From Podarcis muralis (lineage: Eukaryota): a DNA stretch of 64,000 nt. The first letter of the stretch is position 1, and the number at the start of each line of letters is the position of its first letter. The position numbers and the translations under genes are program-made. The stretch covers positions 35,092,001 to 35,156,000 of the forward strand of contig NC_135665.1 of NCBI RefSeq assembly GCF_964188315.1. The letters are read 5' to 3'. Below are positions 25,701 through 38,399 of this stretch, piece after piece. The notes under the pieces were generated by a model that saw only the letters and a program-made list of their open reading frames with translations, was not told the DNA's origin and searched no databases.

Positions 25701-28136
25701 ATGACCAGGCTTTCCTTGCCCCCACTATTATGAATTGGTTTCAAAACTCCTCTTTATTTTAAAGTAGTTTTCAACGTGGGAGGTTCCCTTTGCAGGGTGG
25801 GGGAATTTTTCTGGATCACAGCCATTACCACTGGAAAACTACAATGAAATTTTATACCAGCAGGTTGTGAGAAACGCAGAGCTGAACAACAAGGACCAGC
25901 ATTAAGCCGATACAAGCATTCACGGATGACAATTACTTCCGTTTTATTTTTCCTTAAGTGCTTTAATGTTTTGGCCACTGTCCAAGCTATAAAATCCGAT
26001 ATGAGTAAGTCCTCTGCCCAAAACATCTTTAGCAGCCCACCCCCCACCCCTCGCCAACTTAGAAAACTATTGTGCGGGGGGGGGGGGATTAGAGGAGATT
26101 CAAGCAAATGTACACTTAATTTCTATCCTGGCAATGTACTTGCTACATACTTGTTGTCCTTGTTGTCTATCTCTAGGAGGTGGCCTTGATTAAAGCTCAT
26201 TGTTCAGGAAACTAAATACATGTGTTTCTAGATAGCATAAATATACTGCAATGACTAAACAACATTTGAGGAACACATGCAGCACTGGAAGCATGCCAGG
26301 CCCAAACCTTTGTGCTTAAAATGTTATACAAATACTGTCTGGCACGTCTGATTTAAATTACATGGCAATTAAAATCCACAAGCTTTCAATATCCCTGGGT
26401 TTAACCCGTCATGGCTATCATCACTACTCTAAAGGCAGCATTAGCCCTAAAGGTCTTCTTCTGGTCACAGATGACTATGAATTTCCTTGCCTGGTTATGA
26501 TCAAGCATTTAAAAAAGATTACTTAACAAATAGAAAGATCTCCACCTTGGATGTTTCCCTTTGGTTTAGTTTCTGGTTCTTAAGCACAGAAAGTGAACAC
26601 CACAACCATGTAAGGTAACTGGGATTGTGACCGCAAGCACACCTTTAAGTTCCACCAGCAAAGCAACGTGGGACATTGCAACTGTGCCAAATATGGGTAA
26701 AGTGGGAGCAGACACAGAGGGAAGCCATGTTGTAGCAGTGCAAAAATAAAATCCCAAAGCATAATACTAAGGGAAAACATATTATCACCAGATGCCAACA
26801 AAGGGCCATAGCCCAAAGAGATACCACAGAGAGCAGGCAGACACACACAAATGGCAATGCCACGCTATCTACCAACCATGGAAAAAAGCTGACAAGTTTT
26901 GATATGGACTTACCCCTCTGATACCCACATTTACATGAACACCACATAATTCTCTGGCACCATCTGCTTCACATAAAAAGGCAATGAACATTCTCGGCTG
27001 CCATGTGCTGGTGTAGCAACAGCACTCAGCAAGCACCAACAGAATAGCATGAAGTTTGCCCCCCTCTCCATATTGGAGGGATCCTAGCAAGCGCTTTCTC
27101 AAGAACTTAGCTAATTGCTTACATACTCCTCAAAACTGTATTTCTCTCTCTCTCCATATAAATTTTATGCTCCAAGTTCAAAATATTCATTATTTTCGTA
27201 TCATCATACAAAAATGTTTTTTTTTATGAGGAGTATGAATAATGTTTGCTAGTTTAAGTTTCATATCAACAGCTGTTAAATCTTTAGGAAATTATCTGGC
27301 TAGGAGTGCTTTTTCCCATCTGTCTGATAAGTCAGAAGGCCAGATGCAAAGAAGAGTTGCAAACTTAACATAAAAGCTTTTGTTGAAAAAGAATGAACTT
27401 CAACCCCATCGACAAAACCTGCAACAAGTGGACCAAACACCATAGCTAAGAGATGAGAGCTAGCAGACTGGGGAAGCTGGATTGAAAAAATACTCGTGGT
27501 CACATATGCCACCTAAACATAAAAGCCAGGTCCAGAAACACCAAACACGAAAAAATCCCAAGCTATAAACCGGATCCTTCAATAAATCATAACCACAACC
27601 AGAAGTTCAACTGGCCACAAATCACTAACATCTCAGTCATATCTGGAGTGAGCTCGTCCACAGGTGTTCATCTAACCCATTACTGACACCAGATACCAGA
27701 TTTACTGAACCACCATCTCACTAAGAGCCACATATTTCTGACACTGAACTCCAAATCCCTGTCCAGTAAATTGTCCAGTAGATATTAAACAGTGAAAGAA
27801 AAAATGCATAGCTTTGAGATGGAGCAATAGTCTCTTTGTATTCAGTTCTGGAACCTAAGTGGAAACATTACAAAAAAGTGCTCCCTGCTCCCAACCCTGT
27901 CAGATGATCCAGAAAAGTCTATGGTCAATGACCTTCCCACAGCAGTGTCAATGATGCTTACTGGGATGGTGCAGGGGATGGGCAGGGACACAATTGCAAA
28001 GATTGTCGCCAAATCAGTTTCTGCCCCCAAAACAGATAAAAAGTCAAAGTGAAATGAGATCTGATAATTAGCCCTATCCAATAATTAGCTTCATCCAAAG
28101 AAGCCTGTAGTTGACACACTACTATTCATTATCTAA

Positions 28137-28494
28137 GTAAAGGTAAAAGATCCCTGGATGGTCAAATCCAGTCAAAGTCAACTATGGGGTGCAGCACTCA
28201 TCTCGCTTCAGACAAGGGAGCTGGCGTTTGTCCAGCTTTCTGGGTCATGTGGCCAGCATGACTAAACCGCACAACAGAACACCGTGACGGAAACCAGAGC
28301 ACATGGAAATGCTGCTTACCTTCCCGCTGCAGCGGTACCTATTTATCTACTTGCACTCGTATGCTTTTGAACTGCTAGGTTGGCAGAAGCTGGAACACGG
28401 CAATGGAAGCTCACCCCATCACATGGATTCAAACTGCAAACCTTCTGATAGGCAATCCCAGGAGGCTCAGTGGTTTAGACCACAGCGCCACCCA
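28137..28494 (-). mobile_element. Sauria SINE, near full length, older copy
   Basis: Reverse complement shows gggtggcgctgtggtctaaaccactgagcc, the core gtgcaagtagataaataggtac and the ...tttacctttac tail. Confidence 0.88.
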
Positions 28495-28536
28495 CTCCCT
28501 AACATTCATTATATAACTGTGCCCATGAATGGAATT

Positions 28537-28718
28537 GGAGGACGCGGGTGGCGTGTGCTGCGCTGGTGCTGGCTCGCCAGAGCAGCTTCGTCACGCTGGC
28601 CACGTGACCCGGAAGTGTCTCCGGACAGCGCTGGCCCCCAGCCTCTTAAGTGAGATGGGCGCACAACCCTAGAGTCAGACACGACTGGCCCGTACGGGCA
28701 GGGGTACCTTTACCTTTT
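28537..28718 (+). mobile_element. Internally deleted Sauria SINE with 12-bp TSD ATGAATGGAATT
   Basis: TSD at 28525-28536 and 28719-28730. The first ~17 nt (ggaggacgcgggtggcg) join directly to the 3' half (tgtgctgcgctgg...ggggtacctttacctttt). Confidence 0.88.
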
Positions 28719-31700
28719 ATGAATGGAATTACTGGATTGTTAATGAGGAATTCCTGAAAACTGATATATGTAAGGCTTTAGGAAAGGTTTTACATTTAAC
28801 TTCTTTCAGTATACTAATTATTCATGGTAAACACCAGGTTTTTAATGAGGACTGTAATTGTCATTTGCCAGATGTAGAGGTTGTTGATATTTGACAATAT
28901 TCCCAGGACATTATATGCTGGGCCATGGCCTATGTACATAGAATCAGGGCCATTTGTTTAATTTAAATCTCATTCTAGTAATGGGAGTCAGAGTACCAGC
29001 TATCAGGAGATTCCTCTGAGTCTTCTTATGCACAAGGTATAGCTTCTCTGGGAATCCAACAAATGGCTACGAAACAAAACATCACTGGTGTAAAACAGTT
29101 TTCTTAGATTAGAAATATAGTAATTACTCTTGAAAAGCTGTTAATAATTTAGGTAGGTAAACAAGATGAACCACAATGTTAATTTACTTCACAATGTTAA
29201 TTTAATTCACATGACAGATATTTCATTTATGAAATCTCACTACAAAATATATATGATGGCCACCAGTTTAGATGTTTTTGCAATATAGTACTAACTAATA
29301 ACTGTACAAATTTACAAAGGATGGGTCCATCAATGGCTGTAAAGATAAGGCTTGAAGTGCTGCCATAATTTTTGGACTCGAAGCTTGCAGTATATTTCAA
29401 GAAGCAGCCACTGGAGAAGGGATTTGGCTACAACATGGTGAGGAGGAGAATTTTACCTTGCACCTCCACCTTAGAAGCTGCTGTTAGCTGCAGAGACAAA
29501 AATGCTAAGGTTTAGGAACTGACACTGCTAACCAGAACTATGGTGAATTTAAATCGGAGATTTGGCAGAGGGGCAAAGAGCAAAACCGTCTATAGTGTGG
29601 CCAGAATCCAAATAGTCCTGGAATGACTTTTATGATACAAAAAGACCCTGCATACTATTCTCTCTTTAGTAGGTGCCTTCTTAAACAACAGCAGCAGTAG
29701 CAGCAAGCAAGCAAATAAACAAGCACGGCACTGATTCAAAACTGCCCCCACCCTTTTATCACCCTTTTATCATTCTCACGTCTTCCCTAGACTCCCATGT
29801 TTGTAAGCAAAAAAATTAAGTTCTTTTTGAATCCAGCCATAAATATCATAAATATGACAAAATGCCCTGTTAACTGTTCTAGTTACCCAGCCATGCCCTT
29901 GCCAAGCGTACTCCATTCCAGTCTTTCTACCTGATTTCTGATCCCCTAGAGCTAGACCCCACAGTCAGCATTTGGTGGCCACTGAGCATGCTCACTGCAC
30001 AATGGGCTGTTTGGGCGAATTCGCTTTAGAGATTCACTTCCTCTTTCCCATACACATGCACATCTGGGCTCCCCCAAACATGCTGGGTTCCCCAGAGCTT
30101 GCACATGGGTGGTCCTGTTTTTTTACATATGCATTGACTGACTATCAGAAATAGAAGCAACGAGGATTTAATTTTTTGTGCAACCAATAAATTTAAACAT
30201 TTGCCTTTATGAATGTGAAATGCTAGAAATTCACAGTTTGAGCCTGCAGCTGTTTCCATAGTATCTAATAGGGAATAAGTTCCTTCTCTGAAAATGCAGA
30301 ACACTGGCAAAGGCAAATTGTAGGCAAAACATTTTACGTCCTGTAGGTTTATATTTTTTTTAAAAAATAACAATATGAATGATGTGGCAGAGCAGTCACG
30401 ATGCACTTGATGTTCCATAATCATCTCTTTCTTCTCTTTCTCTCTTCCTCCCTCTGTGGAAACCAAGTCTTGTCACCAGCCCATGATTTAAAGATTTTCC
30501 TCATGACAAGAAGTTATTTTAACTCAGCTGAACAAGAAAATGTAAACACTGACTTGAAATATCAAGAGCTATAATGCCCAGCATGCATCCCAAAACAGGA
30601 AAGCACAACTCAGAGCCTTTGGGTCCTTGACATTACCATATGGGAAACTCTGAAATGCACACAAATTCTAGTTGGTGATGGTGCAGAGGGATATGTGAAA
30701 ATATACGCATGCATATAAGGTGATGCTTTAATCCATTTGAAAATTAAAATTATCCCTCTGTCCTGTGACCTGTATTTTAAGAACACACTACAAAAAAAGA
30801 TGGACAAGCTGAAACAAATTATGTGGGTTTCTTTCTTCAGCCTAGTAAATCATGTCGTTTTCCACATACTGACAGAACTTCATTGACTAAAATTTTAGCA
30901 GTGTTCTTAGGCGGGGGTGGAGGCAGAAAGAAAATACAATACTTGCCACCTTATTATACAGAAAGGTTTGCTAGCCCTCAAATGCTGCTTATCAAGAGGC
31001 CTTTAATCAATTTAATTGCCACCTCCAATGAGAAAGTCTTGCAGGAGTCCCATTTTTTTGTTATATGCAGAGAGTTCCTAGCTGAAGTACTTGGAAAGAT
31101 TTACTTCCAAGTGGTCACCTACTTAGATCAAACAGTAAATCACTGACTCTTGTTATGGTGTTTGTTTAGGTGGCAGCAGTTTAGCTGGCCCAGCCTCAAT
31201 GGCCCCTTACTGAGTTCTCAGTGTGTGTGGCCCATTTTGCTCTGCAGCTGCTTTGACACACAAGCCCTACTGTGTACCAAGCCTATTGTTATTTTAATGC
31301 AATTCTCAACAGTCTAGTTTGCCCTTACCAGTCTAAGAGCGTTTCCAAAGAGCAGCATGTTAAAAACTCTGAAGACAAAAGACAGCTGTCTTAAGAGGCA
31401 AAGTCATTAATAATTGGTATTATATAATTTAGTGGCTTCAGATGCAACTAATACAGATCTCTAGTATTTTCTGGTATACGAAAGCCTCGTGTCCTTTGGC
31501 TGAAAGTTCAGTGGACTTAGAACAAAGCATTTCACAGAAACAGAGGCAGTGTTATATACTTGTTCTATTTCTTCATAACATAGTTTAAACTATGCAATAA
31601 TTGATCTGAACATTACTTTTGGCTATCAAACTATTATGAAGTTGTAACATTCTGTCTACAGTATAGTAAATCCTTTTCTTCCATGGGAAGAATAATTATT

Positions 31701-32959
31701 GGTAGCAACTGCAACCTTTCTTTATTAATTCTCTACATTGCACATTAATAACATCTTCTGACAAACATCAAATACAATTTCACAGCATCGCACATATATC
31801 TGGGATATCATAATCAGAAAGGCAAAGGAAGTTTTCTTTTGCTCTATTCATTAAAGTAAAATAATAATAATTATTATTTATTGAATTTATATACCGCCCT
31901 ATACCCAATAGTCTCAGGGTGGTTCACAGAACAAAATCAAAATATAAAACCACAAAACAGGAACCCCCAATTCCTAATCTATTTGAGTCTCATAATGCAA
32001 AAAATTAAACTGCCAAAAAAGAAATAAGTTCTATTGGTGCAGCTGTTGGAGATGTAGATTTGAATGTGACTCCAATTGCACATCTCAGTGGGCCCAGTGT
32101 TGAAATCAACACTCACAAGGCATTGAAGATCAAATTTCAGGAGGACTAGCTTGAATTGTGAATTGACTCGAATGAATTGTACTTCACTAAAACATCATTG
32201 CCTGGAAGGTTTTTCATGTCTGCCCCATGTGTGGGCTAGCTGTCACAGAATTATAAATTTCTAGGATGCAAAACACCTAATTAGGTCATGAAATGCATTT
32301 CAATGCCAATGCAAGACTGCTTCAAGGCACAGATTTTCCAATGCTTTGTCTAGTTTATTGCAGAATGACTCAAACTAAACTACCACTATTTCTTCCAGCA
32401 AGTATTTCCAAAGACATACAGATTTTGCCAACTGTACATGTTCCCCAGTCAACAGCCCTTATTTTCCTTTCCTTTATTTTAACTTATTACATCTAATATA
32501 GTAGATAAAATTAACTGGGTTACCTTGAAATTTTCAACTAAAGGAGGCCCATACTATGTTATGCTCCCCAGACCCCCTTCCTGATTAGTATAGTTACGCA
32601 AATTATCCACATGCTTAGCGGGTTAACTTTTAACAACCCATCACTATTATCCATCCCATTACGAAAAATGTTAACGCTTCAAAATCACAGATAATGTCAC
32701 TGGTTGATGTCATCACCACTATGCAAGACTGTCCGCCTCAATCATACCTAGATTTCCTTATCTAAATCCCCATCGAACCATGAAGCTGACTGGGTGGCCT
32801 TGGGCAAGCCACTGGGTTGCCATGAAGATAACACACACAAATGTCAGAATACAAATGTGATGAGTTAAAATAAAATACAAATTAGGTTTTTTAAAAAATT
32901 GTTACCCTGGCTTCTCATTCTTGAACACATTTATGTGGAAGCATGGCCTATTTTTATTT

Positions 32960-33430
32960 CAGCTGTGACCAGTGCTGTCCCTGGACCAGGAGAGCTTAAC
33001 CACAGTAACTCTGGCACAGCTGAAGACAGGAGGGAGACCCTGTTAGTATATCACATCTCTGCTCTGCAACTGGTTGACAATTTTCAACCAAGCCAGGTTC
33101 AAGATGTTGCTATTCATATATAAAGCCCTTAACAGTATGGGACCAGTTTACTTGTGGGGTCGTCTTATCCCATATATGCTCACTTGACTGCTTCAATTTT
33201 TGAAACTGGTATTGTATCAGGTGCCAGATAATATGCATTCTTGTAAAAAATCAATATTTTAGTCTAGCAGCACCTACACTTTGGAAGTCCCTGCCTAATG
33301 ACATCAGGCAAACGCCTTCGCTATACTCTCCCATGGTTGCTCAAAACATTTTTGTTTAGGAAAGCTTTTCCAGACATATAGAAGTTACATGCGTTTTAAT
33401 CTTGTTTTCAGCTTATTTTGTTTCCAATTA
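32960..33430 (+). mobile_element. Old L2 LINE 3' fragment
   Basis: gttcaagatgttgctattcatatataaagcccttaacagtatgggaccagtttac and aaacatttttgtttaggaaagctttt resemble the L2 ORF2 end and 3' UTR. Confidence 0.6.
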
Positions 33431-33541
33431 TTTGTGAACGTTTTAAAAAATATCTCTGTGACTGTCCTTTACTGAAAATGTTATATGTTATTGTACATGG
33501 ATTTGAGGCTTTATTACAATCAAGTGACAGATAAATTTTGT

Positions 33542-33599
<58 letters not shown>
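33542..33599. repeat. (AGAA)14 tetranucleotide microsatellite
   Basis: Directly visible. Confidence 0.98.
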
Positions 33600-33604
<5 letters not shown>

Positions 33605-33779
33605 CAACAGGACTTATTTCCAATGATGTACACTAAAGAGCGCAGCCTGATCTTACTGCAGTTTTCATGCAATAGCCTTGATGAGCACAGCTTCCCAGGT
33701 CTAGTCTGCTTGCCTGGTAAGCCACCTTTTGGAACCTACATGGTTCAGTGAGACTAGAACTATGGAAATAGAACTACAG

Positions 33780-34498
33780 AAAGGAATCTCAGTAGGGACA
33801 AATATGAGGTTCTACACTTAGGTTTGAAGAACCAGCTACACAAATATAAGATAGGAGACACATGGATTGCCAGTACTACACGTGGAAAGGACCTAGGGAG
33901 TCTTAGAAGACCCCAAGCTTAACATGAGTCCAGAGCGTGATGCAGCAGAAAAAAAGCTAATGCTATTCTAGGCTGCATCAACAGAAGTAAATTGTCCTGA
34001 TTAAGGGGACAGTACACTTTATTCTTCCTTGGTCAGACCACACCTGGAGTACTGGGTCCAGTTCTGGGCACCACACTTTAGGAAGGATATGGACAAACTG
34101 GAATGTGTGCAGAAGAGGGCGACCAAAATGAACATAGGTCTGGAAACCAAGCTTTATGAGGAACGGTGAAGGGAATTTGATAAGTTTTTCTTGGTAAAAA
34201 GGAGACAGAGGAGAAAGGATGGCTATCTTCAAATATCAAAAGGGCTGTTACATGAAGAATGGAGCAAGCTTGTTTTCTCCTGCTCCAAAGGATGTGACCT
34301 CAAGTTACACGAAAGGAAATTCTGACTAAATATCAGAAAGAACTTTCTGACAGTAAGAGCTGTTTAACAGTGGAAGAGACTCCCATAAGAGGTGGTGGAC
34401 TGAGGCCATCTATCATGGATGCTTTAGTTAAGATTTCTGTATTGCAGGGGATTGGACTAGATGACCCTCAAGGTCCCTTCAAACTCTACAATTCTATG
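33780..34498 (+). mobile_element. CR1 LINE 3' end (~720 bp)
   Basis: Typical CR1 segments ctaatgctattctaggctgcatcaacagaag, gtccagttctgggcaccacactttaggaagg, and the terminus ggtcccttcaaactctacaATTCTATG (CR1 3' octamer). Confidence 0.9.
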
Positions 34499-35297
34499 GT
34501 GCAGATAGGTAGTTATTTCCTCAAAAAAAGTGCCTATTTCCCCTGAAACAAACACATATAAGTTTTCCAACATAAAAGTAGAAAGCATAGGGCACTGTCA
34601 GGAAGGACAAATAGAAGATGGTAAACGGCAGAGGAAAGATTTCTGATCTTTCTCCCTCTCATACGTATCCACAGGTATCACATTGGTGTCTATGGCCTGA
34701 GCAGTTGTTTTTAAGTAAAATAAATAGATGAAGCATTAAGGGACAAAACTACATAACATTAACATCATGTGTAGCTTTGAGTGTGAGTTATTGAAGAAAT
34801 GTTAGTGACTTAAAACCATATATAAAAGGTTTACCACCAGGTCTGAAAAAAATTAGAGATCTGGAAAGCCTCTGTTTACCTCATGTGATAAATATTTTTA
34901 TTTATCAATGCTAGTAACTTACAAGAAACTTCTGCCATTTTTCAAATCACGCCAGATAGTCTAAAAGCATTAAATTAAATTCATTCAAATTATGTTCCCA
35001 AGAGGAGGGTAAATACAAAGCTACATTATAATTTAAGCTGTTCCCATAGCTTTCATTGTTGTTGCCTTCATCAGAGTAACTATATAGCCTTTTACTCCTT
35101 GGGATTAAGACAATAACTCAAACTTAATGTATGTTTAACAAAATGATTCCTTGCTTTACTTAAATTTTGGAATCAAAAAGTCAAAGAAATCCTTATACTG
35201 ATTAAAAACAACCTCACAGATCTTACCCATTACAGAATTATTGAAAAATAAAGTTTAAGGAATTGCTGTGCAGTGTCCACTATATTACTGAAGATTA

Positions 35298-35585
<288 letters not shown>

Positions 35586-36683
35586 TCACAATGCAGTTTC
35601 TTACAGGATTTCTTCAAAGTACAAAATAAGGCAAAACATGGTTGGTTTTATATTCCATCCCTTATCACATTCTGTAATTAATCAAACACTTTATAGGTCA
35701 ATTTATTGCTGCTGACTGCTGAAGCAAGTAATTAAAAATCACCACAATGATTCAAAAGTTTCTAAAGCTAAAGAAATATGAACTGCCTGATGATATCCAG
35801 GTAAGGCACACATAAACCCACTAAAATAAAATGGTTTAGGTGCACATAACTCTGCAAGGATTATAGCCTGAAATCCAGGATTCGAACCAAACCTCACAGG
35901 ATTAGAGGACCTTTCTAGAGAGCTCAGTAGTATTTGAATCAGCTCTCCTCTTTAATGCTCCTTATCTTCTTTTTTTTAACATTTACAACTCAATTTAGTT
36001 TTTGCTCGCCCCATCTGAAGTTACGCTATGATTTCAAAGCCCATTTCACAATCCTATGTTAAGGAAAGCATCAAACCAAAACATGTGAATGATTTGAAGA
36101 GTAAACAAGTACGCACTTTGGCATTGGTCTTGATAGCGTAAGCTCAACATTTCTACTTAGAAGTAAACACTACGGGCTTAGTAAACATATGCCTGGGATC
36201 AGATAATTATTTATCTCCCTTTTATATTCCACTGCAATGTATTTTAATGTTATTATTCAATTATTTTTTGTGCTCCTTTTCTTTCTTAACTCTTACACTC
36301 AACCCAATTCACAAATAAAGTTAGGTTTAGTTCAACAGGTCTTCCAACACCAGCATGTACCGCCACCCAGATTTCAACACTGATCCATTTAAGAGCCATC
36401 CTGCACATTTATTGATCCTTGTAGTGAGCCATTTCTCCATGGTGACACCCTGCACATTCCATGAATATGTATCACCCCTCTTCTTAATGACTAGGAGTCA
36501 GGGCCAGTATCAGCACCCGACACCCTTGGGTCACTGCTGAGGCCTCAGCCCCACAGCAGAGTCGAGCGCCAGTCCAAGCTCCCCTTTAAAATATCTGAAC
36601 TGACAGTCGGATCAACTGCCATATTAATTCTCCAGCTGAGACATCTAGCTGTCAAATTCATCTCATATAATGCTCCTATATAG

Positions 36684-37003
36684 CAGGGGTGGCCAACTCC
36701 CAAGAGACTGCAATCTACTCACAGAATTAAAAACTGGCAGTGATCCAGTTATTCAGGTCCAAGTTGTTGAGCTTTTTTAATGGAGGAGAGCCACATTTTG
36801 GGGGAGTTCAAAGTTTAGCTGTTGGCCATTTTTAGGGAGAAAAGGGGACAACCACTCACCAACAGATTGCTGGGGAAACAAACAGCCTCACTAAACTCTG
36901 TGCAACAATGAAGGGTGGGGCTTTACCAGCGCTAAGGAAAGGGACCCAACGAACCTCCCAGGGGTCTACCAGTAGATCGCAATCGACCTGTTGGACATTC
37001 CTG
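36684..37003. mobile_element. hAT non-autonomous element, 8-bp TSD CTATATAG
   Basis: CAGGGGTGGCCAAC...GTTGGACATTCCTG ends. Identical TSD at 36676-36683 and 37004-37011. Confidence 0.85.
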
Positions 37004-37609
37004 CTATATAGCATCACTTTGGGGCATTGTGGGAAATTGTAATGGTGGTTAGACTGAGCTGCCAAGTGCTGTTTGTAATACAGCGGCCAGGTAAACCCAA
37101 TGGGGCCAACTGACAAATGAGGAGGCTCCTCAAAGGATGCATTGTCCACAGTGTTAGAAACTGAGATATGAAAGCAAGGAGCTAAATGGCACCTTAAACC
37201 TAGGCTATGGGTACAACAACAGAATGTCTAGAAGTGCTTTTACATAAGAATACAAAACTGAAAATGAACGAACTACAGCTAAAATATTATGTTCATTTTT
37301 CATATGGTCTTGTTCTTCCCATGCCAACCCCCTAATATTCTTAAGAGGGTCTCTTCTCCAGTCTTCAGGGAGTAACTGGAAGTGGGGAGGCAGAAGTCAT
37401 CCTTTCCTTCCGCTCTGCAGTTTTAATCTGAAATCTTAGGCGCAGTACTGCGCCCAGAGCTCAAGAACTGCTCATGCTAATGAAATTCCCTGTCACAAAA
37501 TGCGCCTAGAACAATGGGAGTTTTGAACACTGTTTGTCCAAGGCCATCTGACACCTGGTAAAAATTTCTGTTTTTATAAGCATCCATAGTTGTTATGGAA
37601 ATTTTCAAT

Positions 37610-37803
37610 GGCTAAGTATTAATTAGGAAGATTAAATGTGTTTGTTTTATATACGCAAATTTGCTTTTTCTTTCTTTTTTCTGTATTTTCTTCTTTTCTT
37701 TTTTCTTAATTGTTTTTTCTTTAATTTTCTTTTTGTAGTATGAGATTGTAAATTCTTTGTATAAGTGTGTAATTTAAATTAATAAAGATTATTTTTAAAA
37801 AAG
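37610..37803 (+). mobile_element. L1-like T-rich 3' UTR with polyA signal and A tail
   Basis: Long T-rich tract followed by ttaataaagattatttttaaaaaa. Confidence 0.45.
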
Positions 37804-38399
37804 GAAATTTTCAATGGCATCTGTAATACCCACAACAGTTTTGCAGGGTAATACTATAGAGTACAATCAAGCAAGAAAAGGAACCATGGGAAAATGGCTC
37901 ACAATGAAAATCAGATAATGTGTAGATTATTGGTGTCCATTAATCATTGGGAGGGTGACAAGCATTAGGATTTAGCAACTTGCACCCACCCAAGTATGAT
38001 GATCCCCAGAACAATTGCTTCCCACACTTGGGAGCACAAAACAGGCATAAAGGAAGAACCCGCAAACAGACTTACTTTACATACACATATGTGTAATACT
38101 CTTCCTGCCAACAAGCTCTACGAGGTCACTTCAAATACTCGACATTTCGTAAACCACTTAATCTCTAAAGCTATATATGCAGAACAGTCATTTATATCCA
38201 GGCATGAACCAATAAGACATTTGAGATTTCTCTTCTGTGTCACCCCATGAGTCAAGCCACTGCTCAGTTTAAAAGGAGATTGCCCTGTCAACTCTGGGTA
38301 ATTCAGTGATGAAAACCAAAAAAGAACACCATGGCTCTTCCTCAGTTTCCCTACACACATTAGTTCCATTGGACTGCAACCTGAATAAATGGAACAATG

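Noticed and set aside
25754-27100. Possible highly decayed L2-like RT on the - strand (KNKTEVIVI-like segment)
   Set aside because: Only a few residues resemble the motif and no YADD-type core is visible.
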